A program made the position numbers and the translations under genes. The notes under the pieces were generated by a model. The model made no database searches, was not told the origin of the DNA, and saw nothing but the letters and a program-made list of their open reading frames with translations. A stretch of 59,480 nucleotides of DNA, the filler included, from Dirinaria sp. TL-2023a (taxonomy: Eukaryota): the NCBI GenBank assembly GCA_051941275.1. It is 4 parts of 4 records of this genome, joined end to end, with 100 filler letters (N's around TTAATTAATTAA, not from the genome) between each part and the next. Parts side by side here need not be neighbours in the genome. Positions count along the whole stretch, not along the records: positions 29,803 to 44,594 come from JAVEBF010000580.1; positions 44,695 to 59,480 come from JAVEBF010000581.1; 2 more parts are not named here. One strand, 5' to 3'. Shown here one piece after another: positions 35,339 to 48,280 of the stretch (positions within the stretch are counted from its first letter, which is position 1; each line of letters starts with the position of its first letter).

Positions 35339-36839
35339 ATGGAGGCTGGCCTAGCCGCTGGTTATGCTGCGGAAACGGCTGCTGAAGGCGTGGTCGGCGC
35401 GGGCATTGCTGTTGCGAGCTCGACAATGCCTTTAAGAGGGACCTGGAAACGTATCTCCATTGGGGACCCCCTTCCGCGGTCTTCACACTCTCTCAATGTC
35501 ATTAAGGGAATGGCCTACATTTTTGGTGGTGAGATACGTCCTCGGGTACCAGTGGATAACGACATGCACCTCGTGACGCTGCCCTTGCCCGGGGCAGATG
35601 CTGATCATAGGGCAATTCCTGCTTCAGGCTTTCGTGATGGTCCCGTACCACCCTCTCGGGTCGGCCACACGGCTGATGCAATAGGCGAACGTATCTATGT
35701 GTTTGGGGGGCGTGGCGGTAAAGAAATGTCAGCTTTAGCGGAGAATGGTAGGGTCTGGGTCTACGATACAACAACCCATACATGGACTTTCCTAGATCCC
35801 GTTGGCTCTCCGTACCCCGAACCTCGTTCATATCATGCTTCGACTGCATCGGCACATCCCTTGCAAACATCCCACGACGACCGAGATAGCCGCTTTGACC
35901 CGAAGCCTGTAGACACGGAACCACACGGCACACTCTTCGTTTCAGGTGGCTGCCTTTCCCAGGGAAGAGCTCTGGACGTGTGGGGATTTGATATCGCTTC
36001 GCGTACATGGTCGCGGTATCCCGACCCACCAGGCCCTGCCAGAGGAGGACAATGCCTGACGCATTTCCGGGACTGCCTCTACCGTTTTGGAGGGTTTGAT
36101 GGAAAGAACGAGCTCGGAGGGCAGGTTGACCATTTAGACGTGTCCAGCATTAGTGAAAGAAGCGGAAAGGGGCAGCTTCCTGTCGCGACTCACTCTGGGC
36201 AGTGGGAAAGTGTCACCATACCAATGGGTACTGGCCCCGGCAACCGATCAGTGGCAGGTTTGCAAGCAATAAGTAAGTCATCGCATTATGCATCTCATAT
36301 CATTTCCCATGCTTGCTCGATTTCTTTTTGTTTTATCTTTTCTCCTTTTTATCTCCAGTCCTCAATGCTTGAAATCGATTTCAGCATCAAATCACCTCGT
36401 GCTACCTCTCCCGTTAGCACCACGGCGATCAGAAGCAGTACGCTGACCACGATGCCTTTCGATAGCCACTGGACAGGGCCGGAATTATCTTCTACTTCTG
36501 CTTGGTGAAAGAGACGCAAGCGCCTCTGGGCATGACGGAGCTGGCCAGTTCTGGGATGACGTATGGTCGTTCCAATTACAATCGGAAAGCATGACTGCTG
36601 CGAGCCTTAAGGATGCGACCAGACGACTCTTCCGTGCCAAAACCGGCGATGGATCGTGGGCAGAAGTCCTTGTTCCGGAGTCGAGCATGGCGGAAGGTGA
36701 ATTAGACACACCAGGCCCTCGGGGATGGTTTGCTACTTCCCGGAACGATATAGATCCGACCAGCATTGTACTCTGGGGTGGCCTGGCAAGCAATAACGAA
36801 AGGGCAGGGGATGGTTGGATCTTGACCGTCGATAGTTAA
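35339..36839 (+). CDS. Kelch-repeat beta-propeller protein (nitrile-specifier-protein-like), 2 exons
   Basis: LPRSSHS, AYIFGGE, RVGH, IYVFGGRGG, PEPRSYHA, LYRFGGFDG, PGNRSVAGL; intron ~36273-36465; PGPRGWFA...LWGGL in exon 2. Confidence 0.88.
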
Positions 36840-37321
36840 CTGATATCAATATTACTTGATGGTTTGATTACCTTCCGAGCCTGCGCGGTCGCTGCAATTT
36901 TGAGGCAATGAATGAGCTCAGCAGATCTGAGCGAAATCGGCCTCTGAGGTTCTGCTCAGAAATTGCCAGTCGTTGCGCCCCTATAATATTTGTAGATCTT
37001 TCGGCTTCCCTCTCTTGACTCCAATCCGAACAAACTCTATGTCATGGGGCAATTTAGACCTCGAGGAAGCTGGACTGAATCATACCACGCATTGGCCATC
37101 GATTGACGCTGTCAACGTTCCAAACACTACAGTGTGCCTGCTAGCAGAGCCGAAGCTACTTCGCTCGCAGCTTCCCTGCCAGGTACGAAGGCAAGTGATC
37201 TCCCAGCGCCGCTTTTGAAAGCCCTTGGCCGACGTTTCTACCTTATGATTCTCTTAGTCGACACTTTTCCATTCTAAATTCCTTCTCTTCCGTACATAGT
37301 TGTGATCAGGCATTGAATTTA

Positions 37322-39500
37322 ATGGCTGGCCGCCCTTCTGCCGAAACTGCACCCACTTCCCTACTTAATACTCATTCTTCCCGAGTAAGCCGCTCCATAG
37401 CTTGAATATTTTTCTCATCGCTTTCCAATCTGTCTCCTAATAGATTTTTAGGAACCCGAGCTTTTCCGAAGACGAGCACCGCCGCCATCTCTTGCATCTC
37501 TAGACAACCTCAACCCTTACAATAAGTCCACACCCACAAGCATTCGCAGTAGCCCACTCGCGGCCCCGTCCAGTCCCAGTCTCTTAAGCCCGCCTGTTGT
37601 CAATGTACCACTTTCGAGTCCCCCGCCACACCTGGAGGGCAAAGATTATTTGAGTACTACTCCACAAGCCGCAAGTCACAGGACTCGGCAGCACAAGGAC
37701 CAAAGACAAAAACCTTCATTCTTACAGCAAAGGCTAGGTATCGGCTTCGACCGTGCTGGTGGTGCTGAGGAGAAGGCCTCTGTCGCCAACGGCAGCGACG
37801 TAAAGGATGACGGAACTAATTCAATTGACACTGCGGTTTCTTGGAACCACCAAAAGCCTTGGCCAGCGATAGATACTGCAGAGCTCATGATCAAACGGCA
37901 GGCAACCAAATCCTTTCTTGCCCCTTCAACGGATCCCCGAAGCGTGGAAGGTGATGTGACTGCGACGTCTCAAACTAAAAATGACGATGAGCAAGACTCA
38001 GTGGCTACGAGCTCTCTACGTCGCCTGAGCCAGGCCACAAAAGCGTTTTCGGTTTCCAAAGCGCAGCACATACGCCGCGTATCGCGCGCTTTTACTGCTG
38101 CGATCCGACCTCCATCTGTAAAGGAAGACGGTCCTAGTTCAAAGGTGGCCGACGTTGTGGATCAACTCATTGTTCCTGATATATCAAGCGAGGATGTCAA
38201 CGCCTTTCTCCATCGTAGACAAACCCGAAAACCGCAAGGTCATTACCAGGCGAGTACTCAGACTGCAACACTCGGGGGAGGAGCCCTTGATACACCCACG
38301 ACTATTACCTTAAGGAAGGCTAGCGATGCGTACTTCGTTGTTATTGAGCCAAAGGGCGTCAAAGGTCATTCGATTTTAGATGCTCAATCGCGGCCTCGCG
38401 AGCCCACGGTGGAGAGCCAAGAGCCATCCGTCGCCCTCATGGATTTCCGATCTGAACGCCGATTTGAACCGCGAAAGTCACTCTGGTATAGCTTGCCTCT
38501 CCTTTCCGATCAAAGCAAACCAGAGACCTCTGAGTCTGTCAAGTGTGAGAACGTAACAGTGCAAGCGGACAGTCCGACGCCCACACCATGCCTGCCTTCA
38601 ATCCAGCCTCGAACATTGCCGACGGAAACGGCCGTCACGTTTTCCTCTGTCCATCCGGCTGCAATGAATTCTCCAACAAAGCGCCGCTCGCGCAACACTT
38701 CTGTCTCCTCACACCAACGCCGCACGAGTACGGTCCAAATTCGGTCTCGCAGCAGCGTACACCAAATCATTTGGGTCGAAGATGAAAAAACTACTGCATC
38801 ATCTGATAGCTCTCGCGAGTCGATTAGCTCTATCCACACACAGAACGCTGGCTCTGTGCAATTATCTGGCAATGTGACGTCGCTACAACGTTCGCGATCC
38901 GCACCAGCCTCACCAGGCTACAAGGTAGCTTCTCACGGACCGCAGCACTCGCACGAAGAGAATATCTTCGAATGGTCATGGAGCGCTCATCCTACTAGTG
39001 GAGCCGATACGGATCTGCGAGCAGATCCTCCGCCAGTCTCTCCCGTGGAACAAGCTCCGCGTCAGCAGTCGCGCAGAAGGCCGTCAGTGTCCAAAGATTC
39101 AAGTGTTGAATCTTTCCCTCCACTGCTTGAGCGGAAGGACACCACGGAGTGGCGAAGGGCTCCATTAGGTGATATCAATGACCCTATGGGTGGAGGGACC
39201 GAGAGATGGATGCCGGTCATAGCAAGCACTGAAGAATGTAATGATGTTGACCTAGACACGCCGAGATTGAGGGATGAAGAGGATATGAAAGCAGCCAAGG
39301 GAATTCGAAACGACCGGCAATTACCAGGCGGTATAGAGCAGACGGATGGGACGGATCAAGAAGGGGTGGAACAGGGGAGAGATAGGAAAAGGCGAGCAAG
39401 CAGTCATCCGTATGCGCCCGCTCGCATGGGCGAAAGAGGGCATATAGGTAGTAGCTTAGGTGCCAGCAGTCACAAAAGGGTGAGTTGGAAAAGACTATGA
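37322..39500 (+). CDS. Hypothetical Ser/Arg/Pro-rich, largely disordered protein, 2 exons
   Basis: ATG at 37322 plus a GTAAGC...TTAG intron splices in frame into the 616-aa ORF; conserved-looking islands SRSSVHQIIW, FEWSW, VESFPPL. Confidence 0.7.
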
Positions 39501-39689
39501 GCAGCGTGGCGCACGAGAGGTGGAGGACGTCCTCACCCTACGATTATCGAATAAGCCAAATGAATATACTCAAGTTTTGGAAAAGGTCGTTTCAATTTTC
39601 TCCACTTGGCCGAAGGAGCAGCGTCAGAGCGTCATATGCCGCAGCGACCAGGGTTGCGGAGGGAGAAGCTGCTGTAAGCCACACAGCTT

Positions 39690-40517
39690 TCAAGGCTCTC
39701 CATGCTCTGCCTGTTCCTTGATGACGGCATCCTTCTTCGGCGGTCTTTCCCCAAAGATAGTACTGCCGACCCTGACCTCATCGCTACCACACCGGATTGC
39801 ACTCTCGAAGTCGTTGCTCATGCCCATGCTCAGCTCTAGGTCTTCCTCTTGTAGACCTAGCTCTTTCACCACCGCATCTCGGACCTTCTTCAACGTGACG
39901 AAATCTTCATTCTCGTGACCTGTGCTCAACCCTTGGCTCCTGGCAATTGCCCCAATCGTCATCAGACCTTGCAATTTCAGGTGCGGACACTGATCGATGA
40001 CATGCTTGCAGAGCGCGGCAGCGTCCTTAGGCTCGACACCCGACTTCTCCCCTTCGCCCGATGTATTCACTTGCACCATCACTCTTAGCAGCGTGTCTCT
40101 GATCGGAGGCGCGGTCTCCGTCAAGACACTTCTGCCTTTCTCGAGCTGATCGGCCTTCTTGACCGTGTCCACGCTCTCGACACACCACAAGTTGGGGATC
40201 TGCTCTGCCAACGGGCGGCATTTGTTGGTTTGCAGAGCGCCAATAAAATGCCACCGGATCTCACGAGGCAGCAGCAACGACTTCTGTAGCAGCTCTTGCT
40301 GATAGTTCTCGCCGAAGTGGAGGTGCGAGTGAGGGGGTTGATGCAGAGCTAGGATGTCATTCGCAGGCTTGAGCTTGGAAACGGCGACGAGCCGGACAGG
40401 GTCTGATCTCTGCCCGGCTGTGGCTTGAATCTTTGCATTGATGTTGCCCAGATTCTCGGCTAGCTGTTTCGCCCGCCGAGAGTTGATGCTCATATCCGGC
40501 TCGACCTCTGACGACAT
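39690..40517 (-). CDS. Pyridoxal-phosphate homeostasis protein (YggS/PLPBP family)
   Basis: RLVAVSKLKP, HFGENYQQEL, WHFIGALQTNK, VQVNTSGE.EKSG, GLMTIG, LSMGMSNDF, VRVGSTIFG. Confidence 0.95.
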   Translation of the reverse strand: MSSEVEPDMSINSRRAKQLAENLGNINAKIQATAGQRSDPVRLVAVSKLKPANDILALHQPPHSHLHFGENYQQELLQKSLLLPREIRWHFIGALQTNKCRPLAEQIPNLWCVESVDTVKKADQLEKGRSVLTETAPPIRDTLLRVMVQVNTSGEGEKSGVEPKDAAALCKHVIDQCPHLKLQGLMTIGAIARSQGLSTGHENEDFVTLKKVRDAVVKELGLQEEDLELSMGMSNDFESAIRCGSDEVRVGSTIFGERPPKKDAVIKEQAEHGEP

Positions 40518-41201
40518 TATACGATATCAAATCCAGACCGACTAGGAAAGTCGGGATGATATACGGAACTGTGAGTCTATGACCCCTCGGACACTACGTA
40601 CATTATTCTTCGATCTGCGACATAACCTGGTATTGGGACGACAGATGTCCTCTGTGGAAGTATTTTTCCTCCCAGCAAGTCCTCGCAACAGCGAGGTGTT
40701 TCAGGGGCACGCGATTCCCCTGGATTGGCCTATAGCTCAAACGGTCCCTTGCAGTAGCGTGTGGGATCGAGGCAACTCAAAATGTGGTGCGGTTTCGACC
40801 CCTCAAAAATACATACCTTCCATAATAATTAGGGCAACTCGTAAGTGACCAAGCAGGAATCCATTTCTCTGTGACTTTTTTTTCTTTTTTTTTTCCATTT
40901 GATATCTCATTATTGTCAACATTTTACTTCATTGTTCTTCACTTCTGATTCTATTTGCTTCCTTGCTCTTTCTCCTACGTCTGTGACGACATCCCCTTTC
41001 TGTTCACGATTCCAACATTCTCACACACTAGCGTGGTCTTTTGGTCCAGCCGTGCATTCCTCACTGCCACCGTGGTAAGGCGACCTTGCCAGCCTGGTTT
41101 GATCGCCACAAATCCATTCACACATCTCCACCTACTGACTTCTGCTGTTTGCGTGCTTGCAGCAATCTTCAGTGAAGCCCGCATCTTACCTTAGTCGGCC
41201 A

Positions 41202-44058
41202 ATGTCGCACAAACGCTTCTCGAGGGAAGGTTTCCAGCAACTTCCCAACTCCAGCTCCGCCAATATGCCAAATCATTCCAACGAGGCCACCATGGACATT
41301 CCCTTAACACAAGTCCAAACGAACAAAAGCGGTGGAGCTCGCAAAGTGGATCGCAGCGTCTCCGACCCGCCAACCGGCTCGCAGAACGAGAAAGCCGGGT
41401 ATTTTAGAAAGCGCGCCGCTGGCCGGCGGAAGCTTGCGAAGGACAAATCTCACATGGGCGAGGACGGCGAAGGGGATACCTTGACACATATGGGGAGGGT
41501 CTACGACAGAATCCTGCATTTCTCCATTATCACTCGTTACCTTCTCTATGTCCTGCCATTGGCCGTCTTGATCGCCATACCCATCGCTATCGGTGCTACC
41601 GCGTCCAAAAAAGCCAGCTTTGGTGGTGTGCGCATTGTATGGATCTTTACGTGGCTGGAGATTGTATGGCTTAGCCTATGGGTCTCCAAGCTTGCGGCCC
41701 AGGCTCTGCCTTCCATCTTTCAGTTCCTGTGCGGCATCGTCAGCTCTGGGACAAGGAAGTATGCACTGGTATTGCAAAATCTCGAAATACCATTATCTTT
41801 AGCGGGATGGGCTTTGGCGGCGCTTGCGACCTTCTTACCGGTGAGTAGGCTTTCGCAATTGTGGATTGCCGTCTGATGGAGAGCAGGTCATGACACGCAA
41901 TCGAGATCGACCGCCAATGCAACACTGGGAGACCATCGTTCAAAAGATCCTGGCTGCTTTTATGATCGCGTCTTTGATCTTCCTTGCCGAAAAACTCCTA
42001 ATTCAGATAATCTCTATTAGCTACCACCGTACCCAGTTCAATCAGAAGATCCAAGAGTCAAAGCACCACATATATCTTCTCAGCCTTCTGTACGATGCCT
42101 CCCGTACACTCTTTCCGGCCTATTGCACCGAATTTGCGGAAGAGGACTATATTATCCATGACGCTTTAGACATTGATCTCTCCAACAGCAGGAAAGGCGC
42201 CAGCCATGCTCGTTCTGGCTCGGCTACGCCTCTACGACTGCTACAAAATGTTGGCCGTGTTGGAGACAAAATCACGTCCGCTTTTGGAAATATCGCGACC
42301 GAAGTCACAGGAAAGGAAGTGTTCAACCCGAATTCAGCGCATTCGATCGTCGTGGAAGCTCTTGAGAAAAACAAGTCCTCGGAAGCGCTGGCCAAGCGCT
42401 TATGGATGAGCTTTGTCGTCGAAGGAAAGGACGCTTTGTTTCAGGAAGATATAGAGGAAGTCCTCGGTGCGGGTCGCCATGTGGAAGCTGAAGAATGCTT
42501 TGGCTCTTTGGACCGTGATGGCAACGGGGACATCTCTCTCGATGAGATGATTTTGACCGTCTGTGAATTTGGACGTGAAAGACACTCCATAGCGAACAGC
42601 TTGCACGACGTGGACCAGGCAATCAATGTTCTGGACAAGTTGCTCTGCACAATAGTGTTTATAATGGTGGTGTTCGTCTTCGGTACGTTATTTACTCAGC
42701 TCCTCCTTTAAGAATCAGCTAACTTTTATGTAGTCGCCTTTCTCAATTCTTCATTCACGACTACCCTCGCTACCGCTGGTACCGCTCTACTTTCCATTTC
42801 TTTCGTATTTTCCGGAACAGCTCAGGAAGTCCTAGGCTCCTGCATCTTCCTCTTCGTAAAACATCCTTTTGACGTACTTGACCGCGTTGACATTAATACG
42901 GAGCAACTCGTTGTAGAGCGCATTTCCTTGCTTTACACCGTATTCCGCAAAGCCAACAGCCACAAATCAACTCAGGTACCAAATGTGGTCCTGAACACAC
43001 TCTGGATCGAGAACGTGTCCCGAAGCCGAGCCATGCGCGAAGAACTCCTGATCTATGTGCACTTCGACACCACGTTGGAGGACATTCAACTTCTAAAGCA
43101 GGAGATGCAGAACTTTGTACGTGACAAGGAAAATTGCCGTGATTTCCAGCCCGATATCGAAGTTGAAGTCACCGGAATCGCCGAAATGAATAAACTGGAA
43201 GTGCTTGTGGAAATCAAGCACCGATCCAACTGGGCGAACGAGACCGTACGGGCTGCCCGCCGGAGCAAGTTTATGTGCGCGCTTGTGCTCGCTTTACGAA
43301 AGATCCCCATCTACGCGCCTGGAGGCGGCGATGCCGCCTTGGGCTCTGCGGACAAGCCCACATACTCAGTCACAGTTTCAGACGAGGAAGCCGCCGCAGC
43401 TCGCGATGCCTACGCGGCAACAAAGGAATCGAAGCGCCTCGTCCCCACGAAGAAGCCCGCGCCCGCGACCTCGTTCGCAGCTTCTTCCACCGCGGTCGAT
43501 CCGCACCCAGATCCAAGGGATCCTGCGACCCCGCCTCCGCTCCGCTACCGCCTGCCTCCAGTGACCGAAACCGCCGCGCTGAGCGATCTGAACGCCCGGC
43601 ATCCGGCGGCAGACACGGCGTCCGATATCGGCTCTCCGGAACGCGACTCCCCGCCCCATCAGCGCACCCCTGGCTCTTCAGTATCCAGTAGTCGAAACCG
43701 CAACAACGACATTGAAGAAGTGCGCGGCATGCTCCGTCGTCAGAGCACGCGTGGTCGACGGCGTCCCAGCGGGCCCACGGCCCCTTACGCGAACGCGGCG
43801 GGCCAAGGCGGCGGACTTGGGCTGAATAATAATATGCCGCCCAGCATCCCCGAGGCCAGTAATAATAATCCAGCCCGGACAAACTTAGACCCATATATCC
43901 AAGGTCCCAGGTTTGAGAGCCAGAGTCAAATCCCACCAAGGTCGGCGTATCCGCCGCACCAAGACCCAGGAGGACAACAGCAGGTGGTGCCTCCTCATAT
44001 CAGACAGCCTGCGCCAGGCGCTGGGAACAGCTTCGCGCAAGACAGAGACAGAGGTTAG
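41202..44058 (+). CDS. MscS-like mechanosensitive channel with EF-hand (Msy1/Msy2 type), 3 exons
   Basis: N-terminal TM helices, EF-hand DRDGNGDISLDE, FLFVKHPFDVLDRVDI, VPNVVLNTLWIENVSRS, HRSNWANE..RAARRSKFMCAL; introns at ~41841 and ~42683. Confidence 0.93.
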
Positions 44059-44317
44059 GTTAGAATCAAACCACAACCTATCTAAAAAAGATTTCGTCCT
44101 GGTCGAAGGGACTGGTTCGATGATGGTTCCAGGATAACTTAGTATTGGGGAAATCTTTGATGGCGCGAGGTGGAGAGACTATTCTAGCATGTGACACGGA
44201 CGAATAAATGTATGATATATTCAAAAGCGGATGCCTGCCTGCCTGCGATTAGATAGAACTCATGAAATTTATTTTAAATGGGCTTAGGAAATAAAACTAT
44301 CTTATTCAAAATTTTGA

Positions 44318-44318
44318 C

Positions 44319-44345
<27 letters not shown>
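44318..44345. repeat. (GA)n microsatellite
   Basis: Directly visible. Confidence 0.95.
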
Positions 44346-44349
<4 letters not shown>

Positions 44350-44594
44350 GCGCGTACAGTATGATATACTCGTCTCATAATCAGCAATCAAAAAGAAATA
44401 AACATGTATATCTCACTTCAATCCGCCGCTTCCCCCCTTTCTCTTACCTACCAAATCCCTTACTTACATCCCCCACCCACTCAAAAAACTCCTCAATTCT
44501 CGCATTATTTGCACGACCATCCTAATATATTCCTCCCTACCTTCTACCCCCTTATCTAGCCACGCGGGCCATGGAAAGGAGAAATATATGGTGG

Positions 44595-44694
44595 NNNNNN
44601 NNNNNNNNNNNNNNNNNNNNNNNNNNNNNNNNNNNNNNTTAATTAATTAANNNNNNNNNNNNNNNNNNNNNNNNNNNNNNNNNNNNNNNNNNNN
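44595..44694. other. Artificial contig spacer
   Basis: 44N + TTAATTAATTAA + 44N. Confidence 0.98.
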
Positions 44695-44930
44695 TTAAAA
44701 GAAGTATTACTAAGCTAATGCTTATTAATTTGCTTACTAATTTGCTTATTAACTTGCTAAGTAAGCTGCTTACTAATACGTTTGACTAGTCGATTTCAAA
44801 AATCAGAAATCAAATCCAAAATCGATTTCTAATAATTTGAAAAATCAATTTCTGATTTTGAGTGCAAAATCATAATCAGATTATGATTTTGAACATTTTG
44901 TAACCGATTTTGTGATTATGACTACAGAGG
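44695..44930. mobile_element. Probable terminus of a repetitive element (AT-rich, short sub-terminal repeats) at a contig edge
   Basis: Tandem TTGCTTA(C/T)TAA units followed by many AAATC/GATTT motifs in both orientations, then an abrupt change in composition. Confidence 0.4.
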
Positions 44931-45699
44931 ATCTCTTCGTACCTCTCGTGATACCGGGGTCTATTCTTGCGCTTGAGTATCGATGCGTTTTTAATAATAA
45001 CTCACAGCGCTGCTGAATTGATAATCTCCGATTAGTTCATCGAGCCTCTCCGTAGCTATTCCCTATCTTCTAAATTTCAAAATCCGGGGGAAAAATTCAT
45101 TCGTTAATAGAGGCTCTCTCGAGCTGTCGTCGAAAACATGTGAAGTAAGGTAGTGTCCAGGTGTTTCCTTGAGTGACTTTTAGCAGAAGTTCACTGAAAG
45201 AGATAAACACAGTTTTCAGTCCATCTAGTTGCCTCAACTCAAACACGAATAAGGTCCAAGCATTGCGAACCGACAACGGGCTTTTGGTGTTTTTTAGGGC
45301 TCCTTCGGCAAGCAGAGCGAATTCTAGCGCGGGATGTACGAGTACTAGTCTAGTCAGTGCGGAGAAGCGACAAGCGGTGGCCCTCGGTGGGCTGATTGGA
45401 CGAATCTGCATCGTCCGAATCCTACGATTCAGCGATGGCCCATAAAATGATCCAAGGTCATTCATTTGCCCTTGGAGCTCTGAATAATGTACAGAGACGA
45501 GACAAAAGCTCTTTCATATTAGATTAGAAGTGTTCAGGATGTATGAAAAGGAACAAGCTGGTGCGCTCTAGCTATTCTAGCTCTTGCTCTGCTATGCGAA
45601 ATTGTATGAGAAGGTGAATGGTACGGTCGGAAACCAGTCGAAAGGTTCTTGCGCACTTGATACCAGGCACAAATTTGCCAAAAATAAGGGGCTGCAGAA

Positions 45700-47514
45700 A
45701 TGGTTTGCAGCGAAATTCGTCCTAGAATTCTTTGGTTGAGCTCGTTCATTTCAATCGTGGCTTCCTTTGCATCGCCAAGAGACGATTTTTCTTCACGATC
45801 ATCATGGATAGGAAATCTACAGCTTCCCCAGGTAGACCTCGGTTATGCTGTGTACAGACCCACGACTTTCAATGTACGTCTGGATTTCTACAATTCCGAT
45901 CGGGCGCGTCTCGGGCGCTGACAACGTGGTTAGCAAACGGGGGCATACTACAATTTTTCAAACATCCGATACGCTGCTCCACCGCTAGGAAACCTCCGAT
46001 TTCGTGACCCACAACCCCCTCTTCAGGACCGAGATCACGGTGTCTTGGATGGGAGAAGTGCATCGGTCTGCCCACAAGCCGCACCTGCAAGCTGGAATTG
46101 GAGGAATACTGGTCTGCCTGACGGACAGGTAATCCCGATTGGAAACTCCACTTTACCTGAGAGCGAAGATTGCTTGTTCCTTGATGTGGTGGTACCGACT
46201 TCTGTTTACCATAATCGACGGCGTAAGCTGGCCCCCGTACTCGTCAACATCCATGGTGGTGGCTTTTTTATTGGCGACAAAACCACGCTCTACGACCCTC
46301 AAGGGTTGTTGGCCGCTAGTAAAAACCAGCTGGTGTTCGTCTCCATGAATTATCGAGTACGTTGGTTCTTCGCCAATCTTGTATCGTGAGCTCTTACTGA
46401 CTTGGTAAAGCTGACTGCTTTCGGGTTCCTCGGGGGATTAGGGAATGGAACCGCTAACAGCACGTCGCCCAATGCTGGTTTGCTAGACCAACGTTTCGCA
46501 TTGAAGTGGATCCAAAAGTATATTCATCTTTTCGGTGGGGACCCTAGTCAAGTCACGATCTTGGGTGAGTCTGGCGGCGGCGCATCTGTAATGTTCCACA
46601 CCATAGCATACGGTGCTGCGAAGCCAGGAGAAAACCATCTTTTCCACCAAGTAATTGGCCAAAGCCCGGGTCCCCAGGTGGGCAAAGGGAACAATCAACA
46701 GCTGGTCGGCAACGCCTTCCTCCGAGCTTTAAACGCCAATTCGGCAGATGAAGCCCGAAAACTACCAACAGAGACGTTGATCAAAGCGAACCGAGAAGTC
46801 GAAGCCTCGATGCCTTATTTCGGGCCCTTTGTAGATGGCGATTTAATCCCCGAACTGCCCTCTCGGCTCTACACTTCCGGCCGCTACATCAAAGGTCTCA
46901 AGGTCATGGCCGGGCACAACGCGAACGAAGCTCGTCTTTTCATTCCTCCCACAAGCAACAGCCAAGCCGCTTTCGATTCGTTCCTGCAATCGCAGTTCCC
47001 CACAGCAAGCGCAGATGAAATCCGGTACATCAACGAGACTCTATACCCGCCCGATTTCAGCGCCGACACCGAACCCTACACTTCGCAGAATGGGCGGCTA
47101 TCTCTCCTTGATGCTGACGTGTACAATCTCTGCTGGGCCGTTCTCCTGGCAGCAACATATGCTCCCGATGCGCACAACTACATCTTCTCGGTGCCGCCAG
47201 CTTATCACGCCCAGGATCTGGCCTACACGTTCTACAACGGCGACAGCAACCAGCATGACGTCAACCTCACAGTGGCGCACGTGCTGCAGAGTTACCTGGC
47301 GAACTTCGTCGTACGGGGAGATCCCAACGGGCACGGCTTGCCGCATATTCCAACTTGGACAACATCGGAAATGGTGGCGCTTGACGGAGGCTCTGCTGCT
47401 CTTGCTGGAGCAAAAGCCGTGAATTTGACCGTGGAGGGGTTCCCCGTGGTTCGGGAGTCAGCAGCAGGGAGATGCGGTTGGTGGTTCCAGACTGCCTTTG
47501 CCGGGTCGAACTAG
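45700..47514 (+). CDS. Secreted type-B carboxylesterase/lipase, 3 exons
   Basis: Signal peptide, LPQVDLGY, FSNIRYAAPPLGNLRF, SEDCLFLDV, IHGGGF, NAGLLDQRFALKW, GESGGG nucleophile elbow, NANE acid, YHAQD His. Confidence 0.93.
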
Positions 47515-48280
47515 TAGTCGTTGCATCAAGGTTCGAACTTGAGTGGTTGTGGTAAGTTTATTTACAACAGCATCAAGGCTTGCATAGGCAAGGAAAGGTG
47601 GTGCTTGCCCTCTTTGAGACGTTCTCGATGAGTCGATGGTTCTCCCCATGCCCTGTGTGAACCCTAAGGCTCTGTCGGTAGATCAGGTAAGGTAATCTTA
47701 CTGTTCTTACACCTCCTACCCCCGATGATATTTGGCTGTTCTTTCGAAATTCAAACCCTTTGCGACCAAACCTTTTCATCTAGCGAGACTAAGGTAGCTA
47801 GGCGCTGTCACAAGGCCCAGCAGATCTGCCGAGCAGTCATATGCACATAAGGTACTAGAGTTTGCCTTACCTTACCTAAGGTAGTCATAGTCAATGACCT
47901 CACCATACGCGAATCCAACTAGACTGAAGCAGTCGCGCCGATGAGGGGTGCAGAAGGACTTGAGGCTACCTATTGTTGTGGGCTTTGCTAAGCCATCTCC
48001 AGGTAAGGTATCTCGGACGCGATTCATGCAAGATCACGCATTGTGACTTGGCCAGCGGTCCATCAAGGGAGATGGCCGGTCTTCTCCGTGGATGGGACAG
48101 TCCAATCACTTCCCCTACCCGACAACGGCACGCCCTCGGTGATTATTTAACCTTCCACTCTGCGCAAGCGGCTGAAATGACAGAAATACATAAGGGCAAT
48201 AATGGCTCCTGTAGACACATACTGGTTGCCTGCTCTGGTACGATGCCGACGGACTCGCGTGCGTTCTTCCCGCTTCAGCA

